Positions 19,586-29,213 of a DNA stretch of 64,000 nucleotides are shown here, piece after piece (position 1 is the first letter of the stretch; every line of letters begins with the position of its first letter). The notes beneath the pieces are model-generated. The model did no database searches. It worked only from the letters and a program-made list of their open reading frames with translations, and was not told the origin of the DNA. The stretch covers positions 29,289 through 93,288 of the forward strand of contig JBDNFW010000044.1 in NCBI GenBank assembly GCA_041689615.1. Direction: 5' to 3'. The stretch comes from Gammaproteobacteria bacterium (GTDB lineage: Bacteria > Pseudomonadota > Gammaproteobacteria > Eutrophobiales > Eutrophobiaceae). The translations under genes were made by a program, and so were the position numbers.

Positions 19586-20983
19586 ATGAAACCCGTAATT
19601 GCCATCGTTGGTCGCCCCAATGTTGGTAAGTCCACTTTTTTTAATCGCCTGACATCTAGTCGTGATGCGCTTGTTGCTGATCGACCGGGTGTAACGCGTG
19701 ATCGTCAGTACGGTTATTGTCACCATGAATCCAGAACTTTCTTAATCATTGATACTGGTGGTATCGGTGAAGAAGATCATGACAGTGCAGACGTTGCAGA
19801 ACTGATGACCGAACAATCAATGTTAGCCGCTAGTGAAGCATCAGTGTTGGTCTGGATTGTTGATGGTCGCACTGGACTTACCCATGTTGATGAAACGTTG
19901 GTAAAGGAGTTTAGAAAATTAAATAAACCTATTTTTCTGGCTATCAATAAACTTGAAGGTCATGAAGCTTCACAAGCAATTAGTGAATTTTCCAGACTTG
20001 GTCTGGACTCTGTTTGGCCGATCTCTTCTAAACGTGGTGATGGTGTTACTAATATGCTTGATGCCATTTCAGAAACGATTCCCGAAACTGAAAGTGAAAT
20101 TGAAGAAGAAACAAATGATCTGGCTATATCAGTGTTAGGCAGACCGAATGTCGGAAAATCAACATTAGTAAATAGAATGTTGGGCGAAGAACGCGTAATA
20201 ACTTTCGACCATCCGGGCACAACGCGCGACAGTATACAAATACCTTTCCAAAAAAATGGTAAAGATTATATTTTGATCGACACTGCTGGCGTTCGGAAAA
20301 AAAGTAAAGTGCATGACGTCATAGAAAAATTCAGCATACTAAAATCATTTGAAGCTATAGAAGCAGCAACGATCATCATTCTTGTTATCGATGCAACCGA
20401 AGGCGTTACCGATCAAGACAGTACTTTGCTAGGCATGATCGAAGACAGCGGTAAATCCGTCATCATCGCGGTTAATAAATTAGATGGTATGGAAGCAGCA
20501 GATAAAGAAAGGGTGAAATCAGGACTAGATCGAAAATTCATATTTGTTGATTACGCAGTAATACATGACATCTCTGCCTTACATGGTACCGGTGTTGGCA
20601 ATATTTTCAAAAGTATCGACAAAATCGAAAGATCATTAAACATTAATGTCTCTACTTCTGACGTAACGGAAATACTGGAATACGCTGTTGCCAAAAACCC
20701 ACCGCAACTCGTACAAAACCGTCGCATAAAATTACGTTATGCACACATCGGTGGAACAAACCCGATCCGCATCATCATACACGGCAATCAAATAGACAGA
20801 GTACCCAATTCATACAGACGTTACTTAGCAAAAATATTCCGTACAAAATTAAAGCTCGTGGGAACGAACGTGTTGATTGATTTTAAAGGTGGAGATAACC
20901 CGTATAAAGATAAGAAGAATGTATTAACCGATAGACAAGTTGCCAAGAAAAGACGTTTAATGAAGTTTGTTAAAAAACGTTAA
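19586..20983 (+). CDS. der: ribosome biogenesis GTPase Der (EngA)
   Basis: two G domains (GRPNVGKST twice) plus a KH-like C-terminus. Confidence 0.93.
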   Translation: MKPVIAIVGRPNVGKSTFFNRLTSSRDALVADRPGVTRDRQYGYCHHESRTFLIIDTGGIGEEDHDSADVAELMTEQSMLAASEASVLVWIVDGRTGLTHVDETLVKEFRKLNKPIFLAINKLEGHEASQAISEFSRLGLDSVWPISSKRGDGVTNMLDAISETIPETESEIEEETNDLAISVLGRPNVGKSTLVNRMLGEERVITFDHPGTTRDSIQIPFQKNGKDYILIDTAGVRKKSKVHDVIEKFSILKSFEAIEAATIIILVIDATEGVTDQDSTLLGMIEDSGKSVIIAVNKLDGMEAADKERVKSGLDRKFIFVDYAVIHDISALHGTGVGNIFKSIDKIERSLNINVSTSDVTEILEYAVAKNPPQLVQNRRIKLRYAHIGGTNPIRIIIHGNQIDRVPNSYRRYLAKIFRTKLKLVGTNVLIDFKGGDNPYKDKKNVLTDRQVAKKRRLMKFVKKR

Positions 20984-21981
20984 TTATTTCCGACTTTTCT
21001 TAGAGCCATTCGTGTAAACAACGGCCCTAACAATTCAAAAAATATGGTTGTGCTAATAACAACAGATAATAATAACTGTCTATGCTCAGGGAAATGAATA
21101 GAAGCAACTAATGCCATACCCATGGCAACACCCGCTTGCGGCAACCAGGCAAGGCCCATTCCATCCTGAATAGTTAAGCTAACACGACATATTTTTCCGC
21201 CAATTTTCGCGCCGACAACTTTCCCTGCTATACGTGCAATCACATAAACAATTACAATTACTCCGGCTTCTTTTAATGAACCTAGCTCAAATGATGCGCC
21301 TGCCAACACAAAGAATAGAGTTAAAAAAGGTGGCTCGATATCTTCAATTTCATGGCAAGAACAATCATGATGTTTTGCTAAATTAGCTATCGTCATTCCT
21401 ATGACAATTGCTGCAATCAAATAAGACACTTCAAGCCAGATTGCTAAACCACCACAAAGAAAAACAATACCTAGTGCTTCAAACAATATAGGCCGCCCAG
21501 ATTTAACTCTCCCTGTTAGGAACGATGCTAGAAAGCCGATAAAAAAACCAAGTAGCATTGCACCAAAAATTTCTTTAAACGCCAATAATATTGGCGACAA
21601 CATGCCATTAAGTCCTGTTATGAGTCCAACCATTGCTACACCGATACTAAATAGAATTAAACCCCAAGCATCATCAACAGCAACAATAGACGGTAACAGA
21701 TTTACAAAATATCCTTTTGAATTTGACTCTTCAACCACATCCATTATCGCTGCAGGATCCGTTGCCGTGGCAATACACCCTAATAAAATAGCCACGTCTA
21801 ATGGAACACCTATAAGCATTAAAAGAAGAGTAACAATAATTGCCGTTCCAAACACGGCGCCTAATGATATCCACATGACCTTCTTGCCCATGTTTTTCAA
21901 CAAGTCTTTTGTCAGCTTGCCGCCGACCAAAAAACCCACCATCATCACTAGCAAGCCAACGTTTGGCTTGTTCAAATTCAT
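20980..21981 (-). CDS. cation:proton antiporter family membrane protein (short form)
   Basis: polytopic; CPA-type ATATDPAA motif region. Confidence 0.6.
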   Translation of the reverse strand: MNLNKPNVGLLVMMVGFLVGGKLTKDLLKNMGKKVMWISLGAVFGTAIIVTLLLMLIGVPLDVAILLGCIATATDPAAIMDVVEESNSKGYFVNLLPSIVAVDDAWGLILFSIGVAMVGLITGLNGMLSPILLAFKEIFGAMLLGFFIGFLASFLTGRVKSGRPILFEALGIVFLCGGLAIWLEVSYLIAAIVIGMTIANLAKHHDCSCHEIEDIEPPFLTLFFVLAGASFELGSLKEAGVIVIVYVIARIAGKVVGAKIGGKICRVSLTIQDGMGLAWLPQAGVAMGMALVASIHFPEHRQLLLSVVISTTIFFELLGPLFTRMALRKVGNN

Positions 21982-21982
21982 C

Positions 21983-22246
21983 CTAAGAAAATAATTTTAT
22001 TTCTGCATTGATAAAATGACTAGCAATCGTTTCACCAAAAACACCAATGGCCGAATCAGTAGCTAATGCCACGCGAGATAACTTTTTATGATGGCCTTTA
22101 ACAAATTTAAAATGCGACACTAACGCTGCAAAAGAATCCCAACCAGGAAAAGATTTTGTATGGATAACAATTCCTTTTAACTTCCCAGTCCGTTCAATAA
22201 AAGGAACAATTTCTTTTGCCGCAGCACGAAAATCATCTTCAGACAA
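21983..22246 (-). CDS. STAS/SEC14-like (DUF3478-type) small protein, 5' end possibly frameshifted
   Basis: The pattern ...KLKGIVIHTKSFPGWDSFAALVSHFKFVKGHHKKLSRVALATD fits this family. N-terminal residues seem to be encoded in another frame upstream. Confidence 0.5.
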   Translation of the reverse strand: MSEDDFRAAAKEIVPFIERTGKLKGIVIHTKSFPGWDSFAALVSHFKFVKGHHKKLSRVALATDSAIGVFGETIASHFINAEIKLFS

Positions 22247-22377
22247 CGGCTCATCCGGCTCAAGAATCGCAAGACAATTTACTCATCAATTTTTACTGAA
22301 AGAATTTTATAATCCTCCAAAAAAATAAACTTCTAGAAAATAAAAACCAGCTAATATAACTTCAGAAACTATAAATT

Positions 22378-23069
22378 TTATAAAACTAATATGCATGAAC
22401 TAAAAATTCTTAAAGATTTTTTATTACTACAAGAAGGAATCCATAGAACACCAAACCAATAACGCAGTTTACCCTCATATCTATCTCCTAAAGGTAACAT
22501 TCCAACTTTTTTTATTACTAAACGGTCAACCTTTTTATATTTACCATCTACATAGTCAATAACTACATCATTACTTATTGTAACCATTAGTACATTACAA
22601 AATATGCCTGAACCATTGGAACGACTCCATGTACGAATAATATGTACCCCACTAAATGAACATCCAAAATATTGGTATGAATCAGCTGAATTATCATAAG
22701 TTGATGTAATGACTGGATAACCACCTTGACAATCTTCGGATGAAACTTCACCAAAATAACGGTTGCTATTATTGGATTCGTTAATATTGATAGAGACTAC
22801 TTGGTCGCCTTTATCACTAAGCCAACCAATTAGATCTTCAATAATTCTTGGATTAATGTATTCAGGGTTAATGAATGATTTTTTAGATTTCTTACTATTG
22901 AAGTTTTAGGTGTTAGTGAGATGAAGTTATAGCCGATAATTCCATGCACTTCGTCTCTAAAAAAAGCTGCCAAACTTAATATTAAAACAACAACTGGCTC
23001 TGGACTTGGTTCTAGCGAGAGCCAGACTATACATCCAATAAAAGCTATGAAACTAATTATTCGATACAA
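22378..23069 (-). pseudogene. split gene for a ~230-aa TM-anchored hypothetical protein (frameshift at a homopolymer run)
   Basis: ORFs 22830-23069 and 22378-22587 are joined by an open frame that I translated across 22588-22905. The frame change must occur in 22833-22905, where a T6 run (A6 on the coding strand) lies at 22879-22884. Confidence 0.65.
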
Positions 23070-23184
23070 TCTTACTTCCTTTAGGTTTCATTCCTCACTA
23101 AAAGACTAGTACACAAATAAAGTATCACCGAAATTTAGCACTTACTACCCCCTATTGCTTGCCTCGTTCTTGTTTTATTTTAAA

Positions 23185-23410
23185 GGGTTGAGCAACATGA
23201 ATGTTGCGAGAGCACATTAGGAAAGAACGACCGCCATGGATGGCGGAAGTGTCGATTATACAGGAGCAATAATCGACCGGAGTATGCGCGTGCCGTTGAA
23301 ATCAAATAATACCGAGGGTACCCGTTAGGGCAAGACATTTGGGGTGGCCTTTTTCTTGGTTAGCTTCTTTTTGGCCACGCAAAAAGAAGTAACTCGTCTT
23401 CAGACGAAAC
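23185..23410. repeat. cluster of at least 5 short hairpins
   Basis: GCAACATGAATGTTGC (23192), CCGCCATGGATGGCGG (23231), TCGATTAT..ATAATCGA (23252), CTTCTTTTT..AAAAAGAAG (23364), CGTCTTCAGACG (23395). Confidence 0.85.
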
Positions 23411-23442
23411 CTACGTAAAAAAGAATACTGAACTTAAAAAAC

Positions 23443-24501
23443 CTATAGTTGATTATAAAGTTCTCTCAACTTAGAAAGAATCGCCCCTGCTTCCTCTCCT
23501 GTTTCCCATTCACCATCCTTATCCAGAACAATAATTTCAGTCTTATTACCAACACCCGTCAGACTTAATTGATAAGGTTTGCCTTCATCGTCATCATCAC
23601 CCCAGAACTTTAACTTACTGAACATACCTTTCTTCTCTTCACCTTTAGGTTTGAAGTAAAGAATATTGTAAGTTCCTTTTTCCTGACTCTTATCCTGAAC
23701 AGTATAACCTGCACGTTCTAATACTCTTTCTGTATCACGCCATGCACGTGTGAATTCTTGCGGGATGGCCAGGTAACTTTTACCATCACTGACTTGAAGC
23801 ACTTCTGCTTTTGGTCTTATAACTTTCGGTTTAGATGTTGTTGAAGTTGAAGAAGAGCTATTGCTCTCTTTAGTGCTTACTGTATTTTCAAATTCAGTAC
23901 CATAAAAATGCAGACTTAATTTACGAATAACTTTCTTTTCCAAATCGACATCAGGTGCGGCTTCCAACCAGTCTCCTTCAGATAACTCTTGTCGTTCACT
24001 GGACAGGAATAAAATGGTGTCACCAGATTCACCGGGCTCGGTAAAAATCTTGAACTTATGTTTTGCACCGTCTTCTTCTTTCCAATCAGTTTCCTGTACA
24101 CCTAATTCTGCATCATCAAGATCTAGCACATAGCCTTTCTCTTGCCAGAATTGATCTAACTGTGGCCAAACATCAGCTTTCGAACCTTTTAATGCTAACC
24201 ATTGTTCACCGTCAGATTGACCACCACCAAGAACAGCGCCACCGATTGATTTACGTGTACCTGCTGCACGTTGCCGTTCAAACTCACTTAAAGTATTTGC
24301 TTGTTCATCACTGGGAATAGCGGCTGCGTATTCTCCTTGTGTAACCGTTAGGTCAGGAGGAACTTCCAGCGTCGGTAGGTCTTGACTCTTTCGATACGTT
24401 TTACGTTTATCGGGTAATACTTCATCCAGACTAGGCAGGGAGGAACAACCGAAAATGCTTAATGCACAAACGAGTAAAATCAAATTTCTTAAAATTAACA
24501 T
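23443..24501 (-). CDS. bamC: outer membrane assembly lipoprotein BamC (NlpB)
   Basis: lipobox IFGC; conserved position immediately downstream of dapA. Confidence 0.75.
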   Translation of the reverse strand: MLILRNLILLVCALSIFGCSSLPSLDEVLPDKRKTYRKSQDLPTLEVPPDLTVTQGEYAAAIPSDEQANTLSEFERQRAAGTRKSIGGAVLGGGQSDGEQWLALKGSKADVWPQLDQFWQEKGYVLDLDDAELGVQETDWKEEDGAKHKFKIFTEPGESGDTILFLSSERQELSEGDWLEAAPDVDLEKKVIRKLSLHFYGTEFENTVSTKESNSSSSTSTTSKPKVIRPKAEVLQVSDGKSYLAIPQEFTRAWRDTERVLERAGYTVQDKSQEKGTYNILYFKPKGEEKKGMFSKLKFWGDDDDEGKPYQLSLTGVGNKTEIIVLDKDGEWETGEEAGAILSKLRELYNQL

Positions 24502-24508
24502 AATGTAG

Positions 24509-25396
24509 TTATATAACTCCTGCCTGTTTCATGGCATTTAGTAGTTCTGGTTCTGCTGATTCCGACATCCAGGTCAAAGGTAGTCTTATTCCTGCCTGAA
24601 TAAAACCGAGTTTATGTACTGCCCACTTCACAGGGATGGGATTAGATTCAATAAATAATTTTTTATGAAGGCCAACCAATGTCTCGTCAATTTTAGTCGC
24701 ACCCTCAACATCACCTTTTAATGCTAACGCACACATTTCATGCATTGCTTTTGGCGCAACATTGGCAGTGACCGAAATAGTGCCGTGACCACCTTCGAGA
24801 ATAAAATCTTTTACAGTTTCATCATCACCGCTTAGTAAAAGAAAATCATCACTAGTTCCTTCTCGAATCTGCTTCACTCTTGATAAATCGGCTGTAGCTT
24901 CTTTAACGCCAATAATATTTTCTATTGGCGCAAGTCGAATTACTGTTTCCGGCAACATATCGCAAGCCGTTCTGCCCGGAACATTATATAGTATTTGCGG
25001 GATATCAACTGCTTCTGCAATGGCTTTGTAATGCTGATACAAACCTTCTTGAGTTGGCTTGTTATAATAAGGTGTTACCAATAAACAGGCATCAGCACCG
25101 ACTTTTTTTGCACATGTAGTCAATGCAATTGCTTCCAAAGTAGAATTTGCACCTGTACCGGCAATAACCGGAATCCGGCCATTCACAATTTCCACCATTC
25201 TACCAATGACCGCGCAATGTTCTTTTTCCGTCAACGTCGCAGATTCACCCGACGTCCCGACAGAGACGATCGCATCTGACCCCTGCTCTATATGAAATTC
25301 GAGGAGTTTTTCGAATGCCTGATAATCAAGTTCAGTATCAGGACGAACCCCTGCCTGCATCGGGGTAACAATGGCAACCATACTTCCAGTAAACAT
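24509..25396 (-). CDS. dapA: 4-hydroxy-tetrahydrodipicolinate synthase
   Basis: full-length DapA-like sequence (GTTGES region, Schiff-base Lys region IIGVKEA). Confidence 0.93.
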   Translation of the reverse strand: MFTGSMVAIVTPMQAGVRPDTELDYQAFEKLLEFHIEQGSDAIVSVGTSGESATLTEKEHCAVIGRMVEIVNGRIPVIAGTGANSTLEAIALTTCAKKVGADACLLVTPYYNKPTQEGLYQHYKAIAEAVDIPQILYNVPGRTACDMLPETVIRLAPIENIIGVKEATADLSRVKQIREGTSDDFLLLSGDDETVKDFILEGGHGTISVTANVAPKAMHEMCALALKGDVEGATKIDETLVGLHKKLFIESNPIPVKWAVHKLGFIQAGIRLPLTWMSESAEPELLNAMKQAGVI

Positions 25397-25551
25397 ATAA
25401 TTAGTAATTATGAGTAATTGGCAAAAACGTGTATGGTACTTAATCAGACGTCACTATGACAAGGACAATAGACTCTATATAATTGGTTTGCGTAAATGGC
25501 ACTAAAATTAGACTATTTTTACAATAATTACCTGAGCATTCCCACACAAGC

Positions 25552-26079
25552 ATGCAGAAATACCTCGTTATCAGTACATTGATAGATAATTCCAGCGAAA
25601 TTATCCGCACATTCTCTAAATTACCTGAATCCAGCGGCTGTAATATCGTTGATAGCCAATTTAAGGTACTTGGACACAAGCTTTCCTTGATGCTTTTTCT
25701 CTCGGGCAGCTGGGATTCGATTGCTAAAATCGAGTCGATGTTATCCAAGCTCGAACAGCAACACCAAATCAAAATTCTCTCGGAAAGAACTGAAGTTGAT
25801 AGTTTACTTGGTGATTCTATGCCCTATGCAGTTGATGTTGTTGGCATCGATCAAGCCGGCATCATATTTGATATCGCTAATTTTATGTCTAGTAATGAAT
25901 TACGTATTCAGGAAATGGATTCAAATACTTATCAGGCATCACAAACAGGCGCCAAAATGTTTTCCTTGCATATGATGGTCAATATTCCTTTGGATACTTC
26001 TATTTCGTCAATTCGCGGCGATTTTATCGATTTTTGTGATCATCTTAATCTGGATGCAATAATGGAACCTGTAAAATAG
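25552..26079 (+). CDS. gcvR: glycine cleavage system transcriptional repressor GcvR (tandem ACT)
   Basis: ACT-domain architecture; conserved dapA/gcvR-bcp arrangement. Confidence 0.75.
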   Translation: MQKYLVISTLIDNSSEIIRTFSKLPESSGCNIVDSQFKVLGHKLSLMLFLSGSWDSIAKIESMLSKLEQQHQIKILSERTEVDSLLGDSMPYAVDVVGIDQAGIIFDIANFMSSNELRIQEMDSNTYQASQTGAKMFSLHMMVNIPLDTSISSIRGDFIDFCDHLNLDAIMEPVK

Positions 26080-26269
26080 GGCGCTCCTAAAAATGCACTT
26101 TTTTTATGATTTAATATGCCGTACGTTAAAAATTATTCATGGTAGTTTCGTCAGCACCATACTCGAATACTCACAGAGCAGGATCTCCTCATGTATTAAA
26201 TATACACTCCGGTTCTGCGTGCGCCGCTTCCTCGCACTCACAAAAAAATCACTATTTTTTGCAGCAGCC
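26080..26269 (+). repeat. MITE-like element, copy C
   Basis: GGCGCTCCTAAAAATGCAC...CACAAAAAAATCACTATTTTTTGCAGCAGCC; carries both optional internal modules. Confidence 0.9.
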
Positions 26270-26324
26270 TAAATATAAAAATATTTATTACGAAAAATAA
26301 AATAAACGAGCTATTATTTAATAT

Positions 26325-26795
26325 ATGAGTAAAGTAAGTATCGGAAAAAAAGCACCTCAATTCAGTTTGCCGGCAACCGGCGACCAAACCATTAAACTCT
26401 CGGAACTCAAAGGCAAAAATATTGTTCTGTATTTTTATCCCAAAGACAGTACACCCGGCTGCACATTAGAGGGTCAAGACTTCAGAGATTACATTCGTAA
26501 GTTCAGCTCTCGCAATACTCACATATTCGGTGTGTCACGAGATACATTATCGTCTCATGAAAAATTTAAAGAAAAACAAAAATTCCCTTTTGATTTAATT
26601 TCTGATGAGGATGAAAAACTTTGTAAGCTATTCGATGTTATTAAAGAAAAAAACATGTATGGGAAAATACATATGGGTATCGAAAGATCGACATTCCTGA
26701 TCGATGAAGAAGGTATTCTGCGGAATGAATGGCGTAAAGTAAGTGTAAAGGGTCATGTTGACGAAGTGCTGGATGCTGTTAAAAATCTAAAATAA
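26325..26795 (+). CDS. bcp: thiol peroxidase Bcp (peroxiredoxin Q)
   Basis: YFYPKDSTPGCT active site. Confidence 0.92.
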   Translation: MSKVSIGKKAPQFSLPATGDQTIKLSELKGKNIVLYFYPKDSTPGCTLEGQDFRDYIRKFSSRNTHIFGVSRDTLSSHEKFKEKQKFPFDLISDEDEKLCKLFDVIKEKNMYGKIHMGIERSTFLIDEEGILRNEWRKVSVKGHVDEVLDAVKNLK

Positions 26796-26798
26796 AAA

Positions 26799-28204
26799 AT
26801 GTCAGATAAAAATTCTTCCCGGTTTTTCGTACTCGATACGAATGTTTTAATGCACGATTCCTCATCACTGTTTCGTTTTCAGGAACATGATCTTTTTATT
26901 CCTATGGTTGTTCTGGAAGAACTTGATGCTGGCAAAAAAGGCGTTTCTGAAGTTGCTTGAAACGTGCGCCAGGTTAGCCGCTTTATTGATGAAATAATTA
27001 GTGCCGCAGGCACTGATGATATTAATAATGGATTGGAACTTAACACAGCATTACATCTGAATGGACACAGTCAAGCTAGTGGTCGTTTATTCTTGCAAAC
27101 ACAAATGTTGCCGGACAGCTTGCCTGCAAACTTACCAGGGGGAAATTCAGACAATTCAATTTTAGGCACAACGCTTTCCTTACAAAAAAATATCCTGACA
27201 AAGTTGTCACACTTGTTTCAAAAGATATTAACCTGCGAATAAAAGCTCACGTTATTGGTATTCATACTGAAGATTACACAAGTGATAAAGTGCTTGATGA
27301 TGCTGACCTTCTTTATACCGGAATTAATAAATTACCTGACAATTTTTGGGAAACAAAATCCGAAGCGCTTACCTCGTGGCAGGAAGACATGCGTTCCTTG
27401 TATGAAATTCAAGGTAACCCATTAGAAGAATGTTATCCATACCAGAGTTTATATACCGAAGAAGGTGCTGGTTTTGAAGCATTGGTAAAATCTATAAGCG
27501 AAGAAAAAACAACGTTGGTTCATGCGATCGATTACAGAAAAGACAAACAATCTATCTGGGGTGTTACCGCAAAAAATAGAGAACAAAACTTTGCTTTCGA
27601 TTTACTCATGGATCCAAATATCGATCTGGTAACAATTCTTGGCGCTGCAGGAACAGGCAAAACATTGCTAACGCTTGCAGCCGGACTTGCACAGGTTATG
27701 GATTAAAAACTCTACCGTGAAATTATTATTTCACGCGTTACTATCCCCGTTGCTGAAGACATTGGTTTCCTTCCTGGCACTGAAGAAGAAAAAATGGCAC
27801 CGTGGATGGGTGCGTTAATGGATAACCTCGAAGTATTAACAAACTCTGATGATAGTGGTGACTGGGAACGCGCGGCAACTTCAGGTTTATTATCGAAACG
27901 CATCAAAATCCGCTCGTTAAATTTTATGCGTGGTCGTACTTTTCTTAATCGATATATTATTGTTGACGAAGCACAGAATCTAACTGCCAAACAAATGAAA
28001 ACATTAATTACGCGTGCGGGTCTCGGCAGCAAAATGATCATTCTCGGCAATATTTCACAAATTGATACACCTTACTTAACGGAAACTACATCAGGTCTAA
28101 CCTATGTAGTAGATCGATTTAAAAACTGGGAACACAGTGGACACATTACATTAATGCGCAGAGAACGCTCACGCTTAGCCGACTTTGCCAACGAAGCACT
28201 ATAG
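26799..28204 (+). pseudogene. PIN + PhoH-like ATPase (YlaK-type) gene with three disruptions
   Basis: The PIN start is FFVLDTNVLMHD. There is an in-frame TGA at 26958-26960, a frameshift at the A7 run 27184-27190 (...LQK / YPDKVVTLVSKDINLRIKA), Walker A GAAGTGKT, and an in-frame TAA at 27704-27706. The sequence then continues ...IVDEAQNLT... to 28204. Confidence 0.85.
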
Positions 28205-28327
28205 AATAATATAGATTGAACTATTCAAAATCTAGATGAAAGTTTTGATAAAGACTAAAGTTGAGACCTAGAAAGTTTAATCAACATCACCAGCAACATA
28301 CAATAATAACAATAAGCGAGAAACAAT

Positions 28328-29092
28328 ATGAAACAACCTAATAAGACAACCTGGCTGAATTTGCCAAGTCTAGGTTTATCTATCCGAATGCTTTTTACCG
28401 GTTACCTGTTAACGATTGGTTTTGGTTTATTAATGGCCGGCGCTCAAATATTGTTGACTCACGGCATGGCCGATGGAAAGTTAGGTTTGTCAATTGACGA
28501 TATTGTCTACAGTTATTATGGCAATCGCGGTAATAGCAAGCTCGAATCAAAATTAAACGGTTCAATGAAAGATAAGGCGCCAGAAGAAATTCGCGCAAAA
28601 TTAATTCACTGGGCAAGAGATGGTGCTTCAGAAGAAGCATGGGAAGCAGAAATTAAAAATGATGTGTCGATGTATTGCAGTGGTTGTCATGGCAACATTC
28701 CCGGATTAGCTGCTATTACGCACTTCGATGTTATAAAAGAGATAGCGAAGGCTGATCAAGGTGCATCCATAAATTCCTTAACGCGCGTTTCACATATTCA
28801 TTTATTTGGTATCGCTTTTATCTTTTTCATTATGGGTTTTATCTTCAGCTTCTCTGTCGGTATTCCTAAATGGCTAAAAGAATTAGCTATCATAATGCCG
28901 TTTGCTTTTCTCATACTCGATATCATTTCCTGGTGGGTGACCAAATGGTATGCCGGTTTTGCCTGGTTTACGATGGTCGGTGGCGTGGGTTATTCGCTAG
29001 CTTCATGCTTCATGTGGTTTACCTCGATGTATCAAATGTGGGTCATGCCATACAACGGCAAAGATTACCAAGTCAACACCTGGGAAGATTAA
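28328..29092 (+). CDS. polytopic membrane protein with a single CxxCH haem-c motif
   Basis: CSGCHG lies in the loop between TM1 and a C-terminal TM bundle; no family recognised. Confidence 0.5.
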   Translation: MKQPNKTTWLNLPSLGLSIRMLFTGYLLTIGFGLLMAGAQILLTHGMADGKLGLSIDDIVYSYYGNRGNSKLESKLNGSMKDKAPEEIRAKLIHWARDGASEEAWEAEIKNDVSMYCSGCHGNIPGLAAITHFDVIKEIAKADQGASINSLTRVSHIHLFGIAFIFFIMGFIFSFSVGIPKWLKELAIIMPFAFLILDIISWWVTKWYAGFAWFTMVGGVGYSLASCFMWFTSMYQMWVMPYNGKDYQVNTWED

Positions 29093-29098
29093 AACTAT

Positions 29099-29147
29099 AT
29101 TCTGAGTTGTGGTGGCATCGTCGATCAACGATGCCACCAATCAGAAT
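29099..29147 (+). terminator. long hairpin downstream of the membrane-protein gene (no T-tract)
   Basis: ATTCTGA..GGTGGCATCG tcgatcaa CGATGCCACC..TCAGAAT. Confidence 0.5.
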
Positions 29148-29213
29148 TCCTCTCATTTTCACTTCAGAAAGTCTGGGCGTTGCCGATATAAAGGGTATTC
29201 CGCCACTTTATAA

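Noticed and set aside
20980-20983. Convergent der and antiporter genes overlap by 4 nt (TTAA) with no terminator
   Set aside because: The overlap of two stop codons in a palindromic TTAA is compatible with compact genomes. There is no further signal.
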